A DNA stretch of 64,000 nt from an uncultured Eubacteriales bacterium (GCA_948607205.1 CAPERS010000006.1:1799-65798), one strand, 5' to 3'. Positions 26,600 through 36,504 are shown, counted from the first letter of the stretch. The notes: generated by a model from the letters alone, not told the origin. Made by a program: numbers and translations.

Positions 26600-29149
26600 T
26601 TATTCTTCACTTGTTGGATTTTCGTTTGCTTCAAAGGTTTGGTTTTCTGAAATGTTTTCAGTTGCGTTTTCACTGTCTTCAAAGTTTTCCTCTTCCTCGG
26701 CTTTCTCTGCAAGGGCAACACTGACAATTTTTGCGTCATCTTTAAGTTTCATAACTTTAACGCCTTGGCTGACACGTGAAAGACTGCTGATTTGGTCAAC
26801 TGGTGTTCTGATGATAACACCGTTATCGGCAATGAGCAAGATGTCATTATCTTCAAATGATTGTTTGAGTGCAACGAGTGCGCCAGTTTTGTCATTGAAT
26901 ACGCCTGCTTTGACGCCCATTCCGCCACGGCCTTGCAAGCGGTATTCTTCAACATTAGAGCGTTTGCCATAGCCTTTTTCAGAGATTGTCACAATTTGGC
27001 TGTTTTCTTTGACAACGCACATATCAACAATATAGTCGTCTTCTGATATCTTCATAGAGCGAACGCCTTGGCTTGATCTTCCAACTTCACGAACATCTTC
27101 CTCAGCGAAACGGATACATTTTCCGCTGTGAGACGCCACGAGAATATCGTCGTTTCCGCTTGAAACTTCAACTCCGATAAGTTCGTCGCCTTCAAGCAGT
27201 CTGATTGCGATTTTGCCCACTTTTCTGATAAGAACAAATTCTGAAAGTGGTGTCTTTTTGATAAGGCCTTTCTTGGTCGCCATGATAAGATTGCCTTTGT
27301 CATCATCATGTCTTGCAATGATTGTTGTAACCTTTTCCTCAGGTGAGAGTTGAAGAAGATTGATAATTGCTCTGCCTTTGGCTGTTCTTTGCGCTTCTGG
27401 CACTTCATATGCTTTAATGCAGTAAACCTTGCCAAAGTTTGTGAAGAAGAGAAGGTCGTCATGAGTGCAAGTCACAAACATATTCTTGACAAAGTCTTCT
27501 TCCTTGGTCTTGTGTGCTGTCACGCCCACGCCACCGCGGTTTTGTGCTTTGTATTCCTTGGTTGACATGCGCTTGATATAGCCTTGATTTGTCATAGAAA
27601 TAACAACGTCTTCTTTTTCAATAAGGTCAGCAATATCAATTCCGCCACTGTCAAGAGAAATTTCTGATTTTCTTGCGTCGCCATAGGCTTGTTTGATTTC
27701 TTCAAAGTTGTCGCGCAAAATTTGAAGAACGCGCTCAGGGCGGGCAAGGATGTCTTTATAGTCAGCAATCATTTCTTCAAGATTTTTGAGCTCTTCGTTT
27801 AGTTTTTCAACTTCCAAACTTGTGAGTTTTGAAAGTCTCATGTCAAGGATTGCATTCGCTTGAATTTCGTCAAGTTCAAAGTTTTGAGTAAGTTTTGAAA
27901 TGGCATCTTGTCTGTCGTCTGCTGATTTGATAATTTTGATAACTTCGTCAATGTTTGCAAGTGCGATAACAAGTCCGCGAACAATGTGCTCACGCTCTTC
28001 GGCTTTTGCAAGATTGAATTTGGTGCGTCTGACAAGAACTTCTTTCTGGTGTTCGAGATAGTAGTAGAGCATCTCTTTGAGATTGAGTATTCTTGGTTGA
28101 TTTTCAACAAGGGCAAGGAAAATTATTCCTGAACCTTTTTGAAGTTGAGTGTGTTTGTATAGAGAATTTAAAACCACTTGTGCGTTAAAATCTTTCTTGA
28201 CTTCAACCACAACCCGCATACCTTGTCGGTCAGATTCTTCTTTAATATCACTGATTCCTTCAAGGCGCTTGTTCTTGACAAGGTCTGCCATTTGAATGAT
28301 AAACTGTGCTTTGTTGACTTGATAAGGAAGCTCTGTGATAATAATTCTGCTTTTGCCGTTTGGCATTTCTTCGATGTCGGTTTTACCGCGAACGATTATT
28401 CCGCCACGACCTGTTTTATAGGCGTGCTTAATCGCCGTTCTGCCCATGATGATACCGCCAGTTGGGAAATCAGGCGCTGGAATAATCTTGATAAGTTCGT
28501 CAATGTCGATGTCAGGGTTGTCTATCATCGCTTGTAAGCCGTTTAAAACTTCGGTAAGATTGTGAGGTGGAATATTTGTCGCCATGCCGACAGCAATGCC
28601 GTCTGAGCCGTTTACAAGGAGATTTGGAATCTTTGCAGGAAGTACAACTGGCTGAACTTCGGTGTTGTCGAAGTTTGGAATAAAGTCAACAGTGTCTTTG
28701 TCGATGTCTTCAAGCATAAGCCCAGCGATTTTAGAAAGGCGTGCCTCGGTGTAACGCATAGCAGCAGGTGGGTCGCCGTCAACAGAGCCAAAGTTACCTT
28801 GACCGTCAACGAGAGGGTAGCGAATAGAGAAATCTTGAGCAAGGCGAACCATAGCGTCGTAAACAGAACTGTCGCCGTGTGGGTGATATTTACCCATAAC
28901 GTCACCGACAATACGCGCACATTTCTTGGTTGGCTTGTCGTAGAAATTGTTCATTTCGCCCATTGCGTAAAGTATGCGTCTGTGAACCGGTTTAAGTCCG
29001 TCACGCACATCAGGAATGGCACGCGAAACATTGACAGCCATTGCGTATGAAATGAATGACTTTTTGAGGTTGTCGACTGTGTCAACCTTTTCAATTTTCG
29101 TGTCCTTTAAAATTTCTTCGAGAGGCTTTTTACTTTCAAATTTACTCAT
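26600..29149 (-). CDS. gyrA: DNA gyrase subunit A
   Basis: [46 protein letters not shown], six beta-pinwheel repeats, acidic tail. Start trimmed to the ATG at 29149, after a GGAGAAAAAAA SD. Confidence 0.97.
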   Translation of the reverse strand: MSKFESKKPLEEILKDTKIEKVDTVDNLKKSFISYAMAVNVSRAIPDVRDGLKPVHRRILYAMGEMNNFYDKPTKKCARIVGDVMGKYHPHGDSSVYDAMVRLAQDFSIRYPLVDGQGNFGSVDGDPPAAMRYTEARLSKIAGLMLEDIDKDTVDFIPNFDNTEVQPVVLPAKIPNLLVNGSDGIAVGMATNIPPHNLTEVLNGLQAMIDNPDIDIDELIKIIPAPDFPTGGIIMGRTAIKHAYKTGRGGIIVRGKTDIEEMPNGKSRIIITELPYQVNKAQFIIQMADLVKNKRLEGISDIKEESDRQGMRVVVEVKKDFNAQVVLNSLYKHTQLQKGSGIIFLALVENQPRILNLKEMLYYYLEHQKEVLVRRTKFNLAKAEEREHIVRGLVIALANIDEVIKIIKSADDRQDAISKLTQNFELDEIQANAILDMRLSKLTSLEVEKLNEELKNLEEMIADYKDILARPERVLQILRDNFEEIKQAYGDARKSEISLDSGGIDIADLIEKEDVVISMTNQGYIKRMSTKEYKAQNRGGVGVTAHKTKEEDFVKNMFVTCTHDDLLFFTNFGKVYCIKAYEVPEAQRTAKGRAIINLLQLSPEEKVTTIIARHDDDKGNLIMATKKGLIKKTPLSEFVLIRKVGKIAIRLLEGDELIGVEVSSGNDDILVASHSGKCIRFAEEDVREVGRSSQGVRSMKISEDDYIVDMCVVKENSQIVTISEKGYGKRSNVEEYRLQGRGGMGVKAGVFNDKTGALVALKQSFEDNDILLIADNGVIIRTPVDQISSLSRVSQGVKVMKLKDDAKIVSVALAEKAEEEENFEDSENATENISENQTFEANENPTSEE

Positions 29150-29168
29150 TTTTTTTCTCCTTGCTCTA

Positions 29169-29453
29169 TCAGTTTTCATGATAGATAATTTCTTTCCCAT
29201 GCTCTTTTGCATAGGCTATTTCTTTTTTAACGCTTTCTCCAATGTATCCGCCAATATTGACAACATAAATTCCATCTGAAATGTCGATTTTTTTATAGTG
29301 CAATCGCGCCAGCTTTGATATTTCTTCTTCACTAAGGTTTTTAAAACCATAAACGCACTGCAAAACACAAATATCTTTCATTTCAAGTTCTCTGGAAATT
29401 TCCATCATTTCCTTTTCAAAGCGCATGCTTCCGCAAATGGTGACAACTTTCAT
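29169..29453 (-). CDS. small nucleoside 2-deoxyribosyltransferase-like protein (94 aa)
   Basis: ICGSMRF N-terminus and [24 protein letters not shown] (conserved Glu) match the NDT/Rcl-like fold pattern. AAGGAG SD. 4-nt ATGA overlap with the upstream gene. Confidence 0.55.
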   Translation of the reverse strand: MKVVTICGSMRFEKEMMEISRELEMKDICVLQCVYGFKNLSEEEISKLARLHYKKIDISDGIYVVNIGGYIGESVKKEIAYAKEHGKEIIYHEN

Positions 29454-29956
29454 TCGAACTCCTTATCTTTTGTTTTTTCAATCACAGATTTTAGTTTTTC
29501 TTTTAAGTGTTCTTTGTTTGCTTTAACAGCAATATCGTTTTCAAATCCAAGTTCGTCTATTTCAACGCCGAGTTCCATTTCAAGCCAACTTGCAACCAAG
29601 AACCGATGGCAAAATTCGGTTGGCTTTTCAAAACATAAGAGGACTGCATTATCGCCAAGAAAATTATAAATTTCGGCAGGGTCAAGAGGTTTTAAAACTT
29701 TGTTGTAAAATTTTTCTATATAGTCGTCTTGATTTTCTTCTTTAAGTCTTTTGTATTCGTTTTGCGAAATGTAATCTTTCATTTCCTCAATTTCATTTTC
29801 TCTTGCTTTCCAACTTTTAAAGAATGAATAGGGGGAAAGTTTCCTTTCAGCTCGACCTTGAAAGCCAACAAGTTTGCCTTCATCGCCAGAAATTGCGATT
29901 GGAAGATATTTTGTTGTGTCAATATTTTTTAATTTTGCATAATATGATGTTTTCAT
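29450..29956 (-). CDS. DUF488-family protein
   Basis: MKTSYYAK..IAIS..KLSP N-terminus and LLCFEKPTEFCHRFLVASWLE signature. Start set at the second ATG (29956), which follows a GGAGAA SD. Confidence 0.65.
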   Translation of the reverse strand: MKTSYYAKLKNIDTTKYLPIAISGDEGKLVGFQGRAERKLSPYSFFKSWKARENEIEEMKDYISQNEYKRLKEENQDDYIEKFYNKVLKPLDPAEIYNFLGDNAVLLCFEKPTEFCHRFLVASWLEMELGVEIDELGFENDIAVKANKEHLKEKLKSVIEKTKDKEFE

Positions 29957-29984
29957 TTGTTCTCCATTCACTAACAGTCAATGT

Positions 29985-30097
29985 TCGACGAATTGTTTTA
30001 ATCGAAGTATTTATTATGTCCGTCCGGAAAGTGCTTTTCGACTGAATTATATCAATCGAAGCATTTTTATGTTTCGTCCAAGATGTGCATAATGCAC
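29985..30097 (-). repeat. repeat family locus B (2-3 units of 52-56 bp) directly after the gyrB stop
   Basis: GTGCATTATGCAC (minus-strand reading of 30085-30097) abuts the gyrB stop codon. TTCGAC(t)GAATT..ATCGAAG..TCC units at 29985 and 30037. Confidence 0.6.
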
Positions 30098-32071
30098 TTA
30101 GACGTCAAGGTCGGTAACGAGAGTTGCGTTTGCTTCGATGAATTGACGACGCAGGTTAGGGTCTTCACCCATGAGGTCATTGAACATCTTTTCAGCCTCA
30201 ACTGCATCGTCCATTGTCAACTGAATGAGTATGCGGTGCTCAGGGTTCATGGTTGTTTCCCAAAGTTGTTCAGCATTCATTTCACCAAGACCTTTGTAGC
30301 GCTGTTGCGCACAGCCTTTTCGTCCGTTTTCATTATACCATGTTTCAAGTTCATCGTCTGAATAGAAATAGTAGTCTTCTTTGTTCTTTGTCACTTTATA
30401 AAGAGGTGGCTTGGCTGCATAGACATGTCCGTGTTCAAGGAGTGGTTTCATAAAACGATAGAAGAATGTGAGAAGAAGAATTCTGATATGCGCTCCGTCA
30501 ACGTCGGCATCGGTCATGCAAATGATTTTGTCATAGCGCAGTTTTTCTTCGTTGAATTCGCTTCCAATTCCAGTTCCAAAAGCGGTTATCATACTTTTAA
30601 TTTCTGCATTTTCAAGCACGCGATTAAGTCTTGCCTTTTCAACGTTTAAGATTTTTCCTCTAAGTGGCAATATTGCTTGGAAACGTCTGTCACGGCCTGT
30701 CTTGGCAGTTCCGCCAGCGGAATCTCCCTCAACAATGTAAATTTCACAAACCTTGCGGTCTTTTTCAGAGCAGTCTGCAAGTTTGCCGGGGAGGGTAGTG
30801 TTCTCAAGAACCCCTTTGCGCCTTGTTAAATCTCTGGCGTTTCTTGCAGCGTCACGAGCCTTTCGTGCGTTCACGCTTTTTAAAACCAGGTTTCGCGCTT
30901 CTGTTGGGTGATTGTCAAGATAGTCAGCGAATGCCTCTTGCATTGCCTTGTTGACAATTGCCCTCATTTCACTGTTGCCAAGTTTGGTTTTGGTCTGACC
31001 TTCAAACTGAGGGTTTCTGAGTTTGACTGAAATGATTGCAGTGATACCTTCACGGCAGTCTTCGCCAGAAAGTTTTTCGTTGTCTTTTATGATTTTGTTT
31101 GAAATGGCATAGTCGTTTATAACTTTGGTTAAGCCATTTTTGAAACCTTCAAGATGAGTTCCGCCTTCTTGTGTGTTTATGTTGTTTGCGTATGCATTGA
31201 TTGTTTCGGCATAGCCGTCATTAAATTGGAAACAAACTTCAACTTCGTTTTCAATGTCGCCTTTTGAGTTGCGATTGAATTTGTTGAAATATACAGGCTC
31301 TGAAAGAATGGTTTCGCGGTTCTTGTTGAGATAGTCAACAAACTCAACAATACCGCCTTTAAATTCAAATCTTTCACTCTTTTCTTGACCCTCGCGCTTG
31401 TCTTCAAGAGTGATAACAAGACCTTTGTTAAGGAATGCAATCTCACGAAACCTGTTTTTCATTGTGTCATACTTAAATTCAACAGTTTCGAAAATCTCAT
31501 CGTCTGGAAGGAAGGTGATAACAGTTCCGCGCTTGTCAGTGTTGCCGACAATTTTAAGTTGGCTTGTAACCTTTCCGCGAGAAAATTCAATTTGATGATG
31601 CTTGCCATTTTGATAAACATCGGCTCTCATATATTTTGAAAGGGCATTAACGCAGGATACACCAACGCCGTGAAGACCGCCAGAAATCTTATAGCCTTCT
31701 CCGCCGAACTTTCCGCCTGCGTGGAGTTTTGTGAGCACAACTTCAACAGCGCTTTTACCTTCCTTTGCAATCATGCCGGTTGGAATTCCACGTCCATTAT
31801 CAGTCACAGAACAAGAGCCATCGTTATTTATGCAAACATCAATCTGAGTGCAGTAGCCAGCAAGAGATTCGTCAATAGAGTTGTCAACAACCTCAGTCAC
31901 AAGATGATGAAGACCATGCTCGTCAGTTGAACCGATATACATGCCCGGTCTTTTGCGAACTGGTTCGAGTCCTTCAAGAACTTGAATATCAGTTGCGTCA
32001 TACTTGACAGATTTTCCGATTTCGAGTTCTTCATTCATTTCATCAGTTCCGCCAATTCTATTTTCTTCCAT
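30098..32071 (-). CDS. gyrB: DNA gyrase subunit B
   Basis: LEGLEPVRKRPGMYIG, GGLHGVG, EIYIVEGDSAGG, PLRGKILNVE, DADVDGAHI, YKGLGEM. Start trimmed to the ATG at 32071, which has an AAGGGG SD. Confidence 0.97.
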   Translation of the reverse strand: MEENRIGGTDEMNEELEIGKSVKYDATDIQVLEGLEPVRKRPGMYIGSTDEHGLHHLVTEVVDNSIDESLAGYCTQIDVCINNDGSCSVTDNGRGIPTGMIAKEGKSAVEVVLTKLHAGGKFGGEGYKISGGLHGVGVSCVNALSKYMRADVYQNGKHHQIEFSRGKVTSQLKIVGNTDKRGTVITFLPDDEIFETVEFKYDTMKNRFREIAFLNKGLVITLEDKREGQEKSERFEFKGGIVEFVDYLNKNRETILSEPVYFNKFNRNSKGDIENEVEVCFQFNDGYAETINAYANNINTQEGGTHLEGFKNGLTKVINDYAISNKIIKDNEKLSGEDCREGITAIISVKLRNPQFEGQTKTKLGNSEMRAIVNKAMQEAFADYLDNHPTEARNLVLKSVNARKARDAARNARDLTRRKGVLENTTLPGKLADCSEKDRKVCEIYIVEGDSAGGTAKTGRDRRFQAILPLRGKILNVEKARLNRVLENAEIKSMITAFGTGIGSEFNEEKLRYDKIICMTDADVDGAHIRILLLTFFYRFMKPLLEHGHVYAAKPPLYKVTKNKEDYYFYSDDELETWYNENGRKGCAQQRYKGLGEMNAEQLWETTMNPEHRILIQLTMDDAVEAEKMFNDLMGEDPNLRRQFIEANATLVTDLDV

Positions 32072-32104
32072 ATTAAACCCCTTATATATATTAATATATA
32101 TTGT

Positions 32105-32133
32105 ATTATAATATAATAATAAGGAAAAAGCAA
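32105..32133 (-). promoter_or_regulatory. gyrB promoter
   Basis: Minus strand: TTGCTT, 17-bp spacer, TATAAT. Confidence 0.5.
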
Positions 32134-32337
32134 CCTTTTTGAGAAAATAACAGCACAAATTAACTCGTTTTTTGACAAAAGGTAAATTTAAAAGACGATA
32201 TTTGATTTAAAATTTTTGATTTATCAATATTTTTTGTTTTTTTTGCCTCTTTGCCTTTATTTTAAAGGATTGTAGCGTTTGTAAAATACAAAAAAATTGT
32301 TGAAAACAAAAAAAATTAAATTTTTTTTAATTTTATT

Positions 32338-32366
32338 TTGAAATTTTGCATTAAATGTTGTATACT
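32338..32366 (+). promoter_or_regulatory. promoter of the GtrA-like gene
   Basis: TTGAAA, 17-bp spacer, TATACT. Confidence 0.5.
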
Positions 32367-32401
32367 CACACTTGTAAATTAGCATGGGGGAAAGATTAAT
32401 T

Positions 32402-32995
32402 ATGGAAGATGAGAAAAAGAAATTTAATAAAGAAGAATTTTTTAGAATTCTTAAATTCACAGCCTTTTCAATCTCAGCAGGCGTTATTCAATTTGCAACA
32501 ACTTCACTTTTGAATGAAGTTATTCATCTAAGTTATTGGCCTTCATATTTAATAGGTCTTGTTTTATCTGTTATTTGGAATTTTACTTTCAATCGAAAGT
32601 TCACATTCAAATCGGCAAATAATGTTCCGATTGCAATGTTACTTGTGCTTGCTTATTATTGTGTATTTACGCCAATTTCAACATTTGGCGCTGAGGCAAT
32701 AGAAGCGAGCGGATGGCCTGGAATGCTTGTTACAGTGCTTATGATGCTTCTCAACTTTGTCACCGAATTTATTTGGCAAAGATTTGTGGTTTTCAGAAAT
32801 TCAATCAACACAAATGTCAAAGAGGAAGAAGTGACAATTGAAGGTGAGAGCAAGGAAGAAAAAGCCGAAAGAAAACAAACTGAGAAAAAAGCTAAGAAGG
32901 AGAGCAAAGGTCAACTTGGCAAGATCAATTATGATGTGATCGCCAAAGAAATGGCCGAACTTGAAGAAATGAGAAAGAATCAACAGAATAAATAA
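32402..32995 (+). CDS. GtrA-family membrane protein with Lys/Glu-rich C-terminal extension
   Basis: FLKFTAFSISAGVIQ...NFTFNRKFTF...FIWQRFVVF pattern of GtrA. The ATG at 32402 follows a GGGGGAAAG SD; the track start is 32384. Confidence 0.7.
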   Translation: MEDEKKKFNKEEFFRILKFTAFSISAGVIQFATTSLLNEVIHLSYWPSYLIGLVLSVIWNFTFNRKFTFKSANNVPIAMLLVLAYYCVFTPISTFGAEAIEASGWPGMLVTVLMMLLNFVTEFIWQRFVVFRNSINTNVKEEEVTIEGESKEEKAERKQTEKKAKKESKGQLGKINYDVIAKEMAELEEMRKNQQNK

Positions 32996-33022
32996 AAAAG
33001 CGGGGATTAATCCTCGCTTTTT
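32994..33022. terminator. bidirectional terminator
   Basis: AGCGGGGA-ttaa-TCCTCGCT flanked by A and T runs. Confidence 0.7.
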
Positions 33023-33032
33023 AAATTAAAAT

Positions 33033-33710
33033 TTATTGAAGTTGTGATTCTATAATTGCTTCAATCTCATTGTCTGCTAAATTATAAGCAGATTCTGCCA
33101 AAACTTCATATTTGTCTTGTCCATTGTTTACAATAGTATTCATGAGAACATCATCAACAATTCTAAGTTTTGTTTCTTCGTCAAGTTCAATTCCATACAT
33201 TGAATCAGATAAAAATGAAGCAAATTCTACGCAACCCAAGACATACAATTCTTCATTAATTTCTTCCATAGATTGCTTACTACTCCAATCAGAAAAGAAT
33301 TGTTTGAAAGAAACACCTTGATATTTTGCTTTTTCCTTATTGTCCTTAGAGTTTAAATTTTCAAGTTCTTTTTTTGCTCTATCAAAGATTCGACTATCTT
33401 TACTTTTAAGGTAATTATAAACATAAGATTCTCTTGAACGAGTCATTTTTCCATCTTTTCTTTTTTCAGTTTTAACAAGATCTTTAATCTCAAAATTTTC
33501 TTGGCTCTTCTTTGCAACTTGTCTTGGTGTTGGTGCAGTTTTTATTAGTTTTGATTGAAGTTCTCTTGCTTTTTGGTCAGTTTCTTTGTTTTCGAATTGC
33601 ACGTTTTCTACAACTTTGTTGTTCTTTGCCTTTGTATCATTTGTTAAAACTTTGCGATTAAAACTTTGTTGTTGTGCAGGTTTTACACTTGTTTTTGTAT
33701 TTTTTACCAT
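33033..33710 (-). CDS. hypothetical protein (225 aa, basic N-terminal half)
   Basis: ORF with an AGGAG SD and its own consensus promoter. No domain recognised. Confidence 0.6.
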   Translation of the reverse strand: MVKNTKTSVKPAQQQSFNRKVLTNDTKAKNNKVVENVQFENKETDQKARELQSKLIKTAPTPRQVAKKSQENFEIKDLVKTEKRKDGKMTRSRESYVYNYLKSKDSRIFDRAKKELENLNSKDNKEKAKYQGVSFKQFFSDWSSKQSMEEINEELYVLGCVEFASFLSDSMYGIELDEETKLRIVDDVLMNTIVNNGQDKYEVLAESAYNLADNEIEAIIESQLQ

Positions 33711-33743
33711 TGTTTTTTCTCCTTTGATTTTTGATATGTTTGC

Positions 33744-33772
33744 ATTATACCATACAACATGTGGTGTGTCAA
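33744..33772 (-). promoter_or_regulatory. promoter of 33033-33710
   Basis: Minus strand: TTGACA, 17-bp spacer, TGgTATAAT. Confidence 0.6.
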
Positions 33773-33832
33773 GGGGTAATTTTAAAATTTTTTCGACTTT
33801 TTTTAACTTTTTTTTGAGTCGATTTTTTACTA

Positions 33833-33861
33833 TAAAAAACCATAGTTTTCACTATGGTTTT
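33833..33861 (-). terminator. Rho-independent terminator
   Basis: Minus strand: AAACCATAG-tgaaaa-CTATGGTTT followed by T run. Confidence 0.75.
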
Positions 33862-33864
33862 CGT

Positions 33865-34068
33865 TTAAAAATTCATATCAAGTTCGCCGTTTTTGATTCT
33901 ATTATTAACGCTTTTTGTAAGTTCTTCTTTGCTAGGTGCGCTAAAAGTCAAGGTGCTAGCGTTTTCTCTCTTTCGTTGACTATATGGTCTAAATGGTCGT
34001 GTAACGCTTGCCTTTGCCATGCAAAGTTGGCGTCTGTTTATTGAATTATCTCTTGTTACAAGTGGCAT
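33865..34068 (-). CDS. small basic protein (67 aa), unknown function
   Basis: Very strong AAGGAGGG SD, its own consensus promoter and its own terminator. No family recognised. Confidence 0.6.
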   Translation of the reverse strand: MPLVTRDNSINRRQLCMAKASVTRPFRPYSQRKRENASTLTFSAPSKEELTKSVNNRIKNGELDMNF

Positions 34069-34092
34069 TATTCCCTCCTTTATGCTTAAAGT

Positions 34093-34121
34093 ATTTTAGC
34101 ACATAAAAGTATGAATGTCAA
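34093..34121 (-). promoter_or_regulatory. promoter of the 67-aa gene
   Basis: Minus strand: TTGACA, 17-bp spacer, TGcTAAAAT. Confidence 0.6.
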
Positions 34122-34131
34122 GACCTAAATT

Positions 34132-34704
34132 TTAAACCTTTTTATGCTTTTTGTCAATAAAAGTGAAATTGGTGTTTTTAAGTTTTGCAAAGCAAGGATT
34201 GCCGTTGAGTTCGAGTTTGCCTTTATAGAACATTTTGGCTTGCCGTGTTTGATTTTTGCCGACTTCTTTGAAAGTAATGTCATAAAAGTTATAGCCAAGA
34301 ATGTTGAGCAGTGGATTAATGTAATATAGACCATTATTGATGTATACAATGCCTATTAAAATGAGAATAATCACATAGATGAAATATCCGCTCATGTAGG
34401 ACAGATCAATGGGAATGGCAAAAAAGACAAACAGTGAAAAATAGCCCAAAAAGTGTTGGTCGGTGATGTTTTTGCTTGATAGTATGATGATTTCTTCTGA
34501 TTTTTCGGTGTTGAGAAAAACATTCCAAACAAGTCCCCAAATTCCCAAGGCAATAAGAATCAGCAAGGTTGCAAAGTTGATTGAATTGAGAATGTTGAAT
34601 GAAAGGTTATTGTTTGCAATCTCCACCACAAGTTTGATAAAGATAAGCCAATACATTGGCACGAAAGCAGAGATATATAACAGAAGGTTTTTAAAAAATT
34701 GCAT
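34132..34704 (-). CDS. polytopic membrane protein (190 aa), unknown function
   Basis: Four to five hydrophobic helices. No SD seen, so the start is uncertain. Confidence 0.5.
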   Translation of the reverse strand: MQFFKNLLLYISAFVPMYWLIFIKLVVEIANNNLSFNILNSINFATLLILIALGIWGLVWNVFLNTEKSEEIIILSSKNITDQHFLGYFSLFVFFAIPIDLSYMSGYFIYVIILILIGIVYINNGLYYINPLLNILGYNFYDITFKEVGKNQTRQAKMFYKGKLELNGNPCFAKLKNTNFTFIDKKHKKV

Positions 34705-34744
34705 ATTTTATTTTGTGTAAACACATAAAAAGTATTAAAAAATT

Positions 34745-34772
34745 TTGCATTTTTGTAGCAATATGATATATT
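34745..34772 (+). promoter_or_regulatory. aminopeptidase promoter
   Basis: TTGCAT, 16-bp spacer, TGaTATATT. Confidence 0.5.
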
Positions 34773-34795
34773 AAGAAAAATGAGGAGGCGTTGTT

Positions 34796-36154
34796 ATGAA
34801 AAAGTCTTGGCAAAACAAGGATAAGAAAAAGATATTTGAATTTGCAGAGGGTTATAAATCTTTCATTTCTGAAAACAAAACTGAAAGAGAGTGCGTTATT
34901 TCAATCAGAAAAATGGCAGAAAAGCATGGCTTTATCAATCTCAATGATGCAATAAAAGAGAACAAGAAACTGAGTGCAGGTGATAAGGTCTATGCAATCA
35001 ATATCGACAAGTGCATTATGCTTTTCACAGTTGGCAAACAGCCTATGCAAAGTGGCTTGAGGCTTTTATGCGCGCATATTGACTCGCCAAGAATTGACTT
35101 TAAGCCAATTCCGCTTTATGAAAGTGCAGACCTTGCAATGATTGACACTCACTATTATGGAGGAATCAAAAAATATCAATGGACAGCAATTCCACTTGCT
35201 CTTCATGGCGTTGTTTGCAAGAAAGACGGCTCAAAAGTTTATCTTAATATCGGTGAAAAAGATGACGATCCAGTTTTCTGCATTTCTGACCTTTTGCCAC
35301 ACCTAGACCCTAAATTTGCTGAAGAAGGAAAGCACATGGTAAATGGCGAGAACCTTGATATGCTCATTGGCGGAATTCCTCTTGAAAATGAGGAAAAAGA
35401 GCCTGTAAAAAAGAATGTTTTGAAAATACTTTCTGGCTACGGTATCGAAGAGGACGATTTCATTTCAGCAGAAATCGAAATTGTGCCTGCCGGCAAGGCA
35501 CGCGATATGGGGCTTGACCGCAGTTTCGTGCTTGGCTATGGTCAAGATGACCGCATATGCGCCTACACAGCGCTAACTGCCATAATAGAAACTGAAAATC
35601 CGAAGTTCACGACTGGCGCAATTTTTGTGGATAAGGAGGAGATAGGCTCGGTTGGTGCAAGCGGTATGCAGAGTAGATTTTTTGAGGACACTGTTGCTGA
35701 GATTATTGCTCTCACTGGTGATAATTCAATTTTGGCTATCAGAAGATGCCTTAGAAACTCTCTCATGCTTTCAAATGACGTTACTGCTGGTTTTGACCCA
35801 AATTATGAGTCGGTCTACAATAAGAATAATGATGCCCATCTTGGCAAAGGCGTTGCATTTTGCAAATATACTGGCTCAAAAGGCAAAAGTGATGCAAATG
35901 ACGCGAGTCCAGAATACATTGCAAAACTGCGACAAACTTTTGATAAAGAAGATATAGGCTATCAATTCACCGAGATGGGCAAGATTGACCAAGGTGGTGG
36001 CGGAACAATCGCATACATTGCGGGAAATTATGGCATGAATGTTATTGATGGCGGTTGTGCACTTCTCAATATGCACGCACCATGGGAAATATCTTCCAAA
36101 GTGGATATATATGAGGCGCATCGCGCAAACAAAGCATTTTTGGTTATGGAGTAG
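34796..36154 (+). CDS. M18-family aminopeptidase
   Basis: FAEGYKSFISENKTERECV N-terminus, LLCAHIDSPRIDFKP, DDRICAY, DKEEIGS, C-terminal GGGGTIA..MHAPWE. GAGGAGG SD. Confidence 0.8.
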   Translation: MKKSWQNKDKKKIFEFAEGYKSFISENKTERECVISIRKMAEKHGFINLNDAIKENKKLSAGDKVYAINIDKCIMLFTVGKQPMQSGLRLLCAHIDSPRIDFKPIPLYESADLAMIDTHYYGGIKKYQWTAIPLALHGVVCKKDGSKVYLNIGEKDDDPVFCISDLLPHLDPKFAEEGKHMVNGENLDMLIGGIPLENEEKEPVKKNVLKILSGYGIEEDDFISAEIEIVPAGKARDMGLDRSFVLGYGQDDRICAYTALTAIIETENPKFTTGAIFVDKEEIGSVGASGMQSRFFEDTVAEIIALTGDNSILAIRRCLRNSLMLSNDVTAGFDPNYESVYNKNNDAHLGKGVAFCKYTGSKGKSDANDASPEYIAKLRQTFDKEDIGYQFTEMGKIDQGGGGTIAYIAGNYGMNVIDGGCALLNMHAPWEISSKVDIYEAHRANKAFLVME

Positions 36155-36184
36155 AAAACTAGGCTAATTGCCTAGTTTTAATTT
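36155..36184 (+). terminator. Rho-independent terminator
   Basis: AAAACTAGGC-taatt-GCCTAGTTTT. Confidence 0.75.
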
Positions 36185-36223
36185 ATTATTGACAAAACTA
36201 GAATCTTTTAAAAGGAGGTAAAA

Positions 36224-36400
36224 ATGCAAGGAAATTATATGCTGGACTACATAGATATTATGCAGATGTTTCATTGTGGCGAAAGTAAGGCACGTGGAAT
36301 TATAATAGCAATTAAAACAATCTCTGATATCACTGGTTTTGCTGGAAGAGTTACTGAAACAGACTTTCAAGCATGGTTTAACAGTCCTTTAAAAAAATAA
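36224..36400 (+). CDS. 58-aa helix-turn-helix protein, excisionase (Xis/AlpA)-like; absent from the ORF track
   Basis: AAAGGAGGT SD 5 nt before the ATG. MQGNYMLDYIDIMQMFHCGESKARGIIIAIKTISDITGFAGRVTETDFQAWFNSPLKK. HTH followed by a GRV...F..WF tail, as in small Xis-type proteins. Confidence 0.45.
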   Translation: MQGNYMLDYIDIMQMFHCGESKARGIIIAIKTISDITGFAGRVTETDFQAWFNSPLKK

Positions 36401-36504
36401 GACAACGCCACTGTTGCGGAAGCTTTTATTGAATCACTTCTAAAATGAGTTATATCTTTAAAATTTAATCCTAAATTGTTCAAATTAGTTTGCCTCTTTA
36501 TCTT

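Noticed and set aside
26769-26784. parS-like half site (CACGTGAAAG) inside gyrA.
   Set aside because: Only the right half resembles TGTTNCACGTGAAACA; the left half does not match. It lies within coding sequence.
26600-29212. N-terminal extensions given by the ORF track for gyrA (to 29212), gyrB (to 32158), the helicase (to 24959), WG-repeat gene 2 (to 21056), aspS (TTG 2006), secA (GTG 48298), secE (52859), the DUF488 gene (29971) and the 52-aa gene (GTG 53918).
   Set aside because: In each case an internal ATG is preceded at 5-9 nt by a GGAG-type SD and gives the N-terminus expected for the family. The extension runs through promoter or terminator sequence and translates to hydrophobic junk.
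32159-32383. AT-rich gyrB/gtrA divergent region, with TTTGATTTA repeated twice, as a replication origin or unwinding element.
   Set aside because: No DnaA boxes within two mismatches were seen. Two ordinary divergent promoters account for the AT richness.
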